From Crenarchaeota archaeon 13_1_40CM_3_52_17 (GTDB lineage: Archaea; Thermoproteota; Bathyarchaeia; 40CM-2-53-6): a DNA stretch of 64,000 nt. Both the position numbers and the translations under genes were made by a program. Numbering within the stretch: the stretch's first letter is position 1; each line of letters opens with the position of its first letter. The notes under the pieces were generated by a model. That model was not told the DNA's origin. It made no database searches and saw only the letters and a program-made list of their open reading frames with translations. Location: assembly GCA_001918745.1 (NCBI GenBank), contig MNGN01000045.1:42829-106828 (forward strand), read 5' to 3'. This document shows positions 39,694 to 47,009 of the stretch, piece by piece.

Positions 39694-40605
39694 TCAGGCG
39701 GTCACGGTGACGTTTCCCTTCATCCACACGTGAAGCGTACAATAATACTTGAAGACACCAATTTGTGGGAACGCGTGGCTCCACGTTTGTCCCGGGTTGA
39801 GACTTCCGGAGTCGAACGACCCACTAGTACTGCTTGTGACTGTATGCACTGTTGTGTCCTTGTTCACCCATGTTACTGTGTTGCCTGCTTTGACTGTAAA
39901 GTTGCCCGGATTATATGCGGGGCTACCCTGAACCGCGGCTCCACGGAGAATCGTGATGTCCGCATTACTGTTTGCTGATGAAAGAAGCTGGTTCTCCGTG
40001 CCCGCGGCCAACGAACCAACAGTCACTCCCCCGATCATGAACCCGAGGATCATGATAATGACTATCCATCGCAAGTACAGACGATTTGACGAAATCGGCC
40101 GGCTTGGATTTCTCAAATCCAAATATGCCAATAGCGAATACACCGACGCGGCAAGCATCATCGGGAAGATGGTAATTACATAGAAGAACAGCCCAAAGTC
40201 TGCTGGGCTAGAGACGCCTTTGACGAGTGTAAAAGGGGAGAGCACGGCAATACCCGCAACTCCAGAAATCAGGCCCATTATGTAACCGACCCTGGGCCTA
40301 GCCCATGTCGCCACAATAGAGAGACCAAAGAGAATAATGAAGGGTATGTGGATGTAATCGTAGAACGGAACGCTGCCACTGATCCAGTCAGCAACTATCT
40401 GAGCTGAGGCGTACAGAATGAAGTATCCCAGGCCCGCCGCCGTCACGATGAAACTCAGAGACCGGGTGGGCGAAGACAGAAGACTCGCCTCCATGTTCGC
40501 CCGGTGCCTCTTCATAGTCTTTCCCACCGTACTTTCATTCCTGCTCCAACAGAATGTTTGCTGGTATAGTGTGCATAACAGACCGATTCTAATTTTCGAG
40601 TACAA
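39694..40605 (-). CDS. multi-TM protein with C-terminal cupredoxin (plastocyanin-like) domain
   Basis: The C-terminus is FTVKAGNTVTWVNKDTTVHTVTS...YYCTLHVWMKGNVTV, giving a His...Cys-x2-His-x2-Met type-1 copper ligand pattern. The likely start is an internal Met (MKRHRANMEAS). Confidence 0.7.
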   Translation of the reverse strand: MYSKIRIGLLCTLYQQTFCWSRNESTVGKTMKRHRANMEASLLSSPTRSLSFIVTAAGLGYFILYASAQIVADWISGSVPFYDYIHIPFIILFGLSIVATWARPRVGYIMGLISGVAGIAVLSPFTLVKGVSSPADFGLFFYVITIFPMMLAASVYSLLAYLDLRNPSRPISSNRLYLRWIVIIMILGFMIGGVTVGSLAAGTENQLLSSANSNADITILRGAAVQGSPAYNPGNFTVKAGNTVTWVNKDTTVHTVTSSTSGSFDSGSLNPGQTWSHAFPQIGVFKYYCTLHVWMKGNVTVTA

Positions 40606-40649
40606 AAAATAGAGAGGTGAAGGGGATTCGGTTTCCGCCTCATCGTTTT

Positions 40650-41726
40650 CTAGTTGTGCACGGAATCTTTCTGGACTTGTGGGTGTCTTCGTCTGATGAC
40701 GACTACGGCGATCAACCCTGCTGCGGCTGCGCCAGCCACTATGAGGTATAGGGTTGGGAATCCGCTGCCGAGGCCGATGCTTGGGTCATGAACCAGGGTT
40801 GAGCCTGGAGCGAAGTATGGGTAGGCGAGGTAGAGTTTCATGAAAGTCTCTTTTTCTCCTCCGTCACTGTCTGCTTCGCTCTTGAATGAGGCCGTCACTG
40901 GAACGGAGGTTGTTGTGCCACTGGGCGAGGTTACTGTTGCGGTGTTTACGAACCGGAAGAATCCTAGTGTGCTGCTTGACGTGATCGCTCCGGTAGAGAG
41001 TCTGGTTTCCTGCTCTACGCCGGAGGTCTCATGGTATTGGTGTTCAGCTACTGGGGTTCCCTCGTCATGTGAGCCGTCGACAGTCTGAGTTCCTGAGTCC
41101 TCTCCGAGGTCGTAGTGTTCGCTTGAACTGTGCAGGTTCACCTGTAGAGCTAGCATGTTTGACGTGTTCTGGAATGGCCAGTTGTTGATGACAACGTCGA
41201 ATTTCAATTCCGCAGTACCAATAGTGACAGATTGTCCATTGACGGTCGCTGTGTGGGTTGTGTTGTATGCCTTGACGATTAGTACGACTGAGCCTGCAGC
41301 CAAGGTTTTGGCCGCTTCAAGGGTCATTGGGTCTGCCTGGGTGAAGTTGATTCCGACACCAGTGCCAGCTAGTAGACTGTAGAAGCCTGTGTGTGTCCAT
41401 CTTCCCTCATCAAGGACGGCTCTGGCTACTGCTTCGTTGCTTTCGAAGATGCCGTTGTGGTCTGAGTCGTTGAACTCTATGAGGGATCGAAAGTTGACCT
41501 GTTGCACGTCCCGCATCATTGAGCTGTGATCGTAGAAAGTGACTCTGGGCGCCATGCCTTCGAAGGTTGCAGTGAGTGATCCGCTGGTGAACACGATCCT
41601 GTTGCCTTCGTTGTCGATTGTGCCTGAGGGCGTCTCAGCCGCTCTCGCTAGTGGGGTCCCGAGCATCATGATGGCTATTGTGAAGATTCCGAGCATTGCA
41701 GTTAGGGCTCGTTTCATTTTTCTCAT
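40650..41726 (-). CDS. secreted surface protein with C-terminal TM anchor (hypothetical)
   Basis: A signal peptide (MLGIFTIAIMMLGTPLARA), a Thr/Ser-rich body and a C-terminal LYLIVAGAAAAGLIAVVVIRRRH. Confidence 0.6.
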   Translation of the reverse strand: MRKMKRALTAMLGIFTIAIMMLGTPLARAAETPSGTIDNEGNRIVFTSGSLTATFEGMAPRVTFYDHSSMMRDVQQVNFRSLIEFNDSDHNGIFESNEAVARAVLDEGRWTHTGFYSLLAGTGVGINFTQADPMTLEAAKTLAAGSVVLIVKAYNTTHTATVNGQSVTIGTAELKFDVVINNWPFQNTSNMLALQVNLHSSSEHYDLGEDSGTQTVDGSHDEGTPVAEHQYHETSGVEQETRLSTGAITSSSTLGFFRFVNTATVTSPSGTTTSVPVTASFKSEADSDGGEKETFMKLYLAYPYFAPGSTLVHDPSIGLGSGFPTLYLIVAGAAAAGLIAVVVIRRRHPQVQKDSVHN

Positions 41727-41848
41727 TTTTTCCAGCCTATTCTATGGTTCGGGCTCAATTTAGGCGTTTTTCTTCGAAACAGGCAGAACTTACCGTTTCT
41801 ACATATTTAGAACTTGTTTCCGAGGCAGTACTGGGAGGTTCGGGTTCA

Positions 41849-42799
41849 CTAGAACAATCCCATCTGCAAACCAACAAGGAGAATGAGAATGTTCAGGTAT
41901 ACGACTCCGAGACTGATCAGCGCAGCGCGCTCGAGCTTCAGCCCTTTCGAGATTGAGACCGCGCTTGCGAGTAGACATACGACCCATGCTTGCAGGAAAA
42001 TGGGGAGAAGAACTGCAGTGTAGCCTAGAGACCCTCCAGGAGAAAGCAACTGTGCGAGCGAGAAGAGGCCTGGCACTATTAGCAAGGGAAGCATTGCAAA
42101 TGCGGTTGCGTTGAGAAGTCTTAGATCATCGCCCTTTCTGTGAAAGACAAGCGTCGAAAGAATGTCAGCCATTATGAACGTGACCAACCAACCAATTGGA
42201 AACATGAACAAGAACAGGGCTGAAACGGTTCCCGACGTGGGAGTGAGATAGAAGAGCAAGAGAGGCTCAAGCCTCGTCTGGGAAGAGATCCATCCTCCAA
42301 AGGCAACGATTAGAATAGCGAGTGGAAGGCTTCGGATTGGGTCAGCGTTCAGATAGTTCATGAGCGTTCTTCCAAGAAGAATCTCTCCTGAGAAGAATCC
42401 AAGCCGTGTTTCCTCATTCCCCTGAACGCTTCCCGCGGCAGTCTTTTCCTCGCTGATGCTGAAGGTTTCTATTGCAGACCTTCCCTGGTCCGTCAGCACG
42501 TATTTCCTGTCGGATTCTTGGGCAACGATTCCCTCGAGCATGTCGAGGTGATGGTAGAGAGCGCCCACGCTTATCTTCAGAGCTTCATGGAGTTCCTTGA
42601 ATCCTAGCTTTCTTTTCTCTCTGAGAAGTTGAACAATCTGTCGACGGTAAGGGTTACCGAGAGCCGAGTAGAATTTCGAAATACTCTCCTTTGATTTCTC
42701 TGACACTGGCTGGACTCCCGATGCAGGTTGAACTTGAAGGAGCGCGGGCGAATCCGGCTCATATGCGTGTCGAAACTGTGTTTGGGGCGACGGAGGCAA
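41849..42799 (-). CDS. membrane-tethered ArsR-type wHTH protein
   Basis: An N-terminal wHTH (LGNPYRRQIVQLLREKRKLGFKELHEALKISVGALYHHLDML...YVLTDQGRSA) is followed by about 5 TM segments. Confidence 0.7.
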   Translation of the reverse strand: MPPSPQTQFRHAYEPDSPALLQVQPASGVQPVSEKSKESISKFYSALGNPYRRQIVQLLREKRKLGFKELHEALKISVGALYHHLDMLEGIVAQESDRKYVLTDQGRSAIETFSISEEKTAAGSVQGNEETRLGFFSGEILLGRTLMNYLNADPIRSLPLAILIVAFGGWISSQTRLEPLLLFYLTPTSGTVSALFLFMFPIGWLVTFIMADILSTLVFHRKGDDLRLLNATAFAMLPLLIVPGLFSLAQLLSPGGSLGYTAVLLPIFLQAWVVCLLASAVSISKGLKLERAALISLGVVYLNILILLVGLQMGLF

Positions 42800-42922
42800 T
42801 CTCAGGCTTCGAGAGCGAGATGTCGATCGCCAACTTCCTTCTTACGAAGTATTCGGAAGTCGCCGTCCCGTAGGGCTTATGCGGTTGTCTCAGGCCGGCA
42901 AGTCGTTAAGAGGAATCGAGGT

Positions 42923-43156
42923 TTGAGAAAGGTTTGGGCTTACGTTTTCGTAACCACGAGAGAGCCGCAAAAGGTTGCCCGGTCTATCCGGAAGATTCGG
43001 GGAGTCGTCAAGGCGGACGCGCTGTTCGGCACGCCTGACCTGATTGCTCTTGTGGAGGGAAGCGATATTGCAAATATGGATGCGGTCATAGACAAGATCT
43101 CTCTGGTCCCGAAAGTTCAAGGGACTGATTCAAAAGTAGCCCGATGGATACAATAA
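42923..43156 (+). CDS. stand-alone Lrp/AsnC-type ligand-binding (RAM) domain protein
   Basis: From the in-frame TTG at 42923 it reads MRKVWAYVFVTTREPQKVARSIRKIRGVVKADALFGTPDLIALVEGSDIANMDAVIDKISLVPKVQGTDSKVARWIQ (77 aa). The listed ORF 42728.. includes upstream non-coding-looking sequence. Confidence 0.6.
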   Translation: MRKVWAYVFVTTREPQKVARSIRKIRGVVKADALFGTPDLIALVEGSDIANMDAVIDKISLVPKVQGTDSKVARWIQ

Positions 43157-43203
43157 AGCTCGGTCTCCATCATTGATGAAGGCTTTGAGCAGGACCTATA
43201 ACT

Positions 43204-43698
43204 TTGACCGTTGAGATAACAGACCCAGTGGTGCTGAGCACCATCGTGCAAACCGCCGTTTTGACCCTCACTCTGCTTATTTTCGCAATGTCGTTTCGAA
43301 CCCAGAACAAGGCCAATAAAGAAGCTGCCTATCAGAAGGTGCTTGATGATTTTACAGACGCGTTCAAAATGCTTGTAGACAAACCCGAACTGAACAAGCT
43401 TCAGGACGAGATGGCGAGAATCGCTTCGCCTGATTCGAACGCCGCGCCGCGCTCACCGGAAGATAGGGCGGTTAGAAGCTACTTCTTGCTTCTGTATACT
43501 CTCTTCGAGAGAACGCATCTCCTCTACAGAAAGAAATGGATCAACGAAGATACATGGGGTCAGTGGTCTGCTTTTCTAGAGACGGTGGCGAAGCATCCAA
43601 TGTTCAGAGAGGTTCATCAGGGCTCGGAAGGAATGTACGACAAGCCCTTCTTGGATTACGTCTCCAATATCCTAAACACTCAACAGAAGACTGGCTAA
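43204..43698 (+). CDS. membrane-anchored hypothetical protein
   Basis: 164 aa with a TTG start and a single N-terminal TM. Confidence 0.5.
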   Translation: MTVEITDPVVLSTIVQTAVLTLTLLIFAMSFRTQNKANKEAAYQKVLDDFTDAFKMLVDKPELNKLQDEMARIASPDSNAAPRSPEDRAVRSYFLLLYTLFERTHLLYRKKWINEDTWGQWSAFLETVAKHPMFREVHQGSEGMYDKPFLDYVSNILNTQQKTG

Positions 43699-45269
43699 GC
43701 CATTGCAACCGGTAGGTCAGTCCTCATTCTCGCGTTCTTAACTCGCAACGCAATCAATAGTCCGATTCCACTAATGATTGCGGAGGCCAAAAATGCGTAT
43801 TGGAATCCAGTCACGACGCCCGTCAGTGATCCTAATTGGCTAGCGGGTCCAGCGGGCGGCGGGTCCGTGACAGTTGCAATGGCCAATAATACAGCGAGTC
43901 CGACAGGGAAACCGACACGCTGAGAAGTGCCAATTATCCCGGAGGCGAGACCCTCTTCGCCCGGCCTTGTCCCAGCCAGCGCGGCGATGTTGAGAGCTGG
44001 AAACCCGATGCTCGCTCCCACGGACCAAAGAAGCATACCAGGCAATATTCCGAAGTAGCCGCTGCTTACCGTAATCTGAGTAAGCATAGCGGAACCCACG
44101 GTGATTAACGACATTGACGTTACCAAGACAAGTTTCAAGCCAATACGATTCACGAGCCACGATGAGCCCCAGCCGCCAACAAAGAAGAAGATCAACGCAG
44201 GCGGGACGAACTCGAGGCCTGCAGCCAATTGCGAGTAGCCGGACACTCGCTGAAGATAGATGGTCAGAAGGAAGATTACTCCTCCAGCTGACGCGGTTAG
44301 TATTAGAGCAAGGACGTTCGCGGTAAAGACTGTGCCCCGCCGCAGGAACCCTAACGGCATTAGCGGTGACTTTGATCGAGCTTCTATCGCGATAAACCCA
44401 GTCAGAACTAGGGCGGAGACCGCGAGAGGCACAATTGTGTAGATGGAAGCAAATCCTTCAGTCGCAGCATTAGTCAATGCGTACACGAGCAGTATCAGCC
44501 CACTCGTCACGGAAAGTGCTCCCGGCAGATCGAGGTGTTTGTCCGCCGCTCGCCCTGGATGGCTAACTAGGAACTTCTGAGATAGGACAGCAGCGACAGT
44601 ACCAATTGGGACGTTAACAAAAAGGACAGACCTCCAACCGAACGCAGCAGTAAGGATACCTCCAGAGATCGAGCCTGCCGCGAAACCTGCTGACAGAACG
44701 GAGACGAAGATGCCGAGCGCACGATTTCGTTCTCTTCCCTCCGGAAAAGTCGTCACGAGAATCGCGAAGGCAGTCGCGGTGGAGATGGCAGCTCCTATGC
44801 CCTGAATCGCTCTAGACACTATTAGCGAAAGAAGTGACGGAGCCAAGCCTCCGGTAAAGGAAGCAACTGTAAACAGGATAATTCCAGAAACGAACAGTTT
44901 CTTTTGACCGTAGATGTCTCCTGCTCTGCCGCTTAGCAAGAGAAAGCCTGCCAGCGTGAGCCCGTACGCTCCAATGATCCACTGGCTCTCCGCTAGGGAG
45001 ACGACCAGTTCCGTCTGTATTGTCGGTAGCGCGACCTGGACGATGGAGAAGTCAATGACGTCTAGAAATCCTGCGGCGATGATCAATCCGAGAATTAGTC
45101 GGGTGCGAGGTTTACTGAGAGCCGAGTCTCTAGGTCTAGCTCTTTCGCTCTCCTGAATTGCTACCTGTTGCAAGTGGTCCAGCTCGATAAAAAAGTGTGG
45201 AATCTTAGTTGAAGCCCGCAGCGTCCGCTGAATGTGGATGCTTCCTGTTTGGTTCCAACTCTTCAGCAA
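43695..45269 (-). CDS. MFS transporter (DHA2/EmrB-like, about 14 TM)
   Basis: FLDVIDFSIVQVALPTIQTEL, LSGRAGDIYGQKKLF and about 14 hydrophobic segments. The start codon is uncertain (TTG at 45269 or downstream). Confidence 0.85.
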   Translation of the reverse strand: MLKSWNQTGSIHIQRTLRASTKIPHFFIELDHLQQVAIQESERARPRDSALSKPRTRLILGLIIAAGFLDVIDFSIVQVALPTIQTELVVSLAESQWIIGAYGLTLAGFLLLSGRAGDIYGQKKLFVSGIILFTVASFTGGLAPSLLSLIVSRAIQGIGAAISTATAFAILVTTFPEGRERNRALGIFVSVLSAGFAAGSISGGILTAAFGWRSVLFVNVPIGTVAAVLSQKFLVSHPGRAADKHLDLPGALSVTSGLILLVYALTNAATEGFASIYTIVPLAVSALVLTGFIAIEARSKSPLMPLGFLRRGTVFTANVLALILTASAGGVIFLLTIYLQRVSGYSQLAAGLEFVPPALIFFFVGGWGSSWLVNRIGLKLVLVTSMSLITVGSAMLTQITVSSGYFGILPGMLLWSVGASIGFPALNIAALAGTRPGEEGLASGIIGTSQRVGFPVGLAVLLAIATVTDPPPAGPASQLGSLTGVVTGFQYAFLASAIISGIGLLIALRVKNARMRTDLPVAMA

Positions 45270-45408
45270 AAAGTCTCCGTATCATAGACATTATCGAACG
45301 TTTCTCAGTTTGGTCCCGCTTCCTGCGGATGAAGGAGTGGTAATTCTTCGCCGACTCTCGCATCACGGTCAGGTGTACCGACTCGTGAGGCTCTGAATGT
45401 TCAGACAT
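45205..45408 (-). CDS. small His/Glu-rich ORF at the 5' end of the MFS transcription unit
   Basis: 67 aa (MSEHSEPHESVH...). Its ATG lies exactly 23 nt downstream of the duplicated TATA-containing element. It overlaps the MFS start region. Confidence 0.3.
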   Translation of the reverse strand: MSEHSEPHESVHLTVMRESAKNYHSFIRRKRDQTEKRSIMSMIRRLFAEELEPNRKHPHSADAAGFN

Positions 45409-45430
45409 GTCTGCCTACGTGTCTCGTAAA

Positions 45431-45462
45431 CATATAAACGTATTGATGAGCGTCTATGCACG
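45431..45462 (-). promoter_or_regulatory. promoter/operator element, left copy (TTTATAT box)
   Basis: Its reverse complement cgtgcatagacgctcatcaatacgtttatatg matches 45870-45901 at 27/32 positions, with an 18-nt perfect core. The core ends 23 nt before the ATG at 45408. Confidence 0.55.
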
Positions 45463-45465
45463 CTG

Positions 45466-45774
45466 TTACTTCATTCTCGGAGCAACAGTGATAGCTCCCA
45501 GGCCTAGGCGTCGCTGCAGCTCTGTAACGTATGCTGACAAGACATCAGCTTTCACTTGGTAGAAGCAGAATTGGCCTTGCTTTTCCTTGTCCAAGATCCC
45601 GGCGATTGCAAGCTCTTTCAGGTGATGGGACACGGTGGGCTGTGAAACGTTGAACATTGCGTGAACGTCTGAGCAGTTCATCCGCTTTGCGACGAGTTTC
45701 TGGAGTATCTCGCGTCTCTGGGGGTCGGCTAGGGCTTTGCTGATCCTGTCGAACTCTTCGGTTGCAAGCTTCAT
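45466..45774 (-). CDS. ArsR/SmtB-family transcriptional regulator
   Basis: LADPQRREILQKLVAKRMNCSDVHAMFNVSQPTVSHHLKELAIAGIL. Confidence 0.9.
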   Translation of the reverse strand: MKLATEEFDRISKALADPQRREILQKLVAKRMNCSDVHAMFNVSQPTVSHHLKELAIAGILDKEKQGQFCFYQVKADVLSAYVTELQRRLGLGAITVAPRMK

Positions 45775-45869
45775 TGATAATCTCTAGTGCCCGGCGTGCG
45801 TATTAACATGTCGATATGTATCTATGGTCTCGAATTAGCGCTCTTTGTCCGTTGAACCTGTCTGGAAAC

Positions 45870-45901
45870 CGCGTATAGACATTCATCAATACGTTTATAT
45901 T
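45870..45901 (+). promoter_or_regulatory. promoter/operator element, right copy (TTTATAT box)
   Basis: cgcgtatagacattcatcaatacgtttatatt. The core ends 23 nt before the trx ATG at 45924. Confidence 0.55.
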
Positions 45902-45923
45902 CGGACCGGCCCGATAATAGTGC

Positions 45924-46295
45924 ATGAACAAACAAGAAACGAGTGGCAAGAAAGTAACTCCGGTAAACGAAACCGACTTCGATTCAGCTGTTCTCCGATC
46001 GGAGGTTCCAGTGTTTGTCGATTTCTATGCTGATTGGTGCGGGCCATGCAACATGATCGCGCCTACGATAGAGGCACTGTCTGAAGAGTACGAGGGCAAG
46101 GTCAAGTTCGTCAAGATCAATGTGGACACTAACCAGGAGCTAGCCATGAAATACGATGTGATGAGCATTCCCACGGGCATGTTGTTCAAGAACGGTATCG
46201 TCAAGGACAGCCTCATAGGCGCATATCCAGCGTCCGCCTATCGACAACGCCTCGATAACGCGCTAGGTCCCAACCAAGTCTCGCCAACAAACTAG
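45924..46295 (+). CDS. trxA: thioredoxin
   Basis: 123 aa with the active site FYADWCGPCNMIAP. Confidence 0.9.
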   Translation: MNKQETSGKKVTPVNETDFDSAVLRSEVPVFVDFYADWCGPCNMIAPTIEALSEEYEGKVKFVKINVDTNQELAMKYDVMSIPTGMLFKNGIVKDSLIGAYPASAYRQRLDNALGPNQVSPTN

Positions 46296-46310
46296 GAATG
46301 AATCATAGAC

Positions 46311-46445
46311 ATGAGCCATACCTGTCCCGTATGCGGAAGCATAAGTCCCTGCATCTATCCCGGACCTGTCTCGAACGCTCCTTTCAGGTACCATGATTGC
46401 CGCTTCTGCGGCTCTACCTGGAAAGAAGCAACAAATACGAACTAG
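46311..46445 (+). CDS. small zinc-ribbon protein (44 aa, not in ORF track)
   Basis: Hand translation gives MSHTCPVCGSISPCIYPGPVSNAPFRYHDCRFCGSTWKEATNTN*. It has two CxxC pairs and starts 15 nt after the trx stop. Confidence 0.4.
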   Translation: MSHTCPVCGSISPCIYPGPVSNAPFRYHDCRFCGSTWKEATNTN

Positions 46446-46792
46446 AACGGAAGTCCCGTCCTAAGCCGAGCAAGCCCTATGCAAAAAATCGCCTATAATC
46501 AATTCTATTCACGAATCCAAGCCTGCAATTGCTAGACCCCAATTTTCCAAGCCCAGCCCTAGTGAAATCAACGGGGATCCGAAACAGCCTGACAATGCGA
46601 AAACAAGCCCGTCTCCAAGAACCAAGCCCATAATCATCCCCAGACAGAAACACTGCCCTCAGAAAAAATTGGCCCCTAGCGCATCCCGCCTCGCGTAAGC
46701 GGTTCCCCTCCAACCCTTGCGAAAGTGATCCTACAACAAGAACCTCCAAACCTGTTCATACACGCGATCAAAACAAGCACTTGTAAACCGCT

Positions 46793-46839
46793 TTCTGAAA
46801 CATGTGTCGAAAAACACCTTCTGAAATCGGGTTCTGAAA
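46793..46839 (+). repeat. three direct copies of TTCTGAAA (46793, 46819, 46832)
   Basis: Read directly from ctTTCTGAAAcatgtgtcgaaaaacaccTTCTGAAAtcgggTTCTGAAAatc. The start-to-start spacings are 26 and 13 nt. Confidence 0.6.
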
Positions 46840-47009
46840 ATCCGTAACCGCAAATTTTAGGGCCCCCGAGGCCTACTCAAGTCGCGCGCCGCGCCGCCCT
46901 GAAGCCCCTAGATCCAGCTTCAGCCCACGCTTTCAGCCACCAAACCCGGGTATCAGAACCCCTTTCTTCCCTAATTCCCAGCACCGTTCTCCTTCGAGAT
47001 GAGGGACAA

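Noticed and set aside
46477-46749. 90-aa minus-strand ORF in the long A/C-rich intergenic region
   Set aside because: Its composition looks random, no motif is present, and it lies in a region with stops in all plus-strand frames. There is no support beyond length.
46793-46839. The short repeats as a possible CRISPR array
   Set aside because: The repeats are only 8 nt with 5-18-nt gaps and three copies, and no cas genes are present. This is not CRISPR-like.
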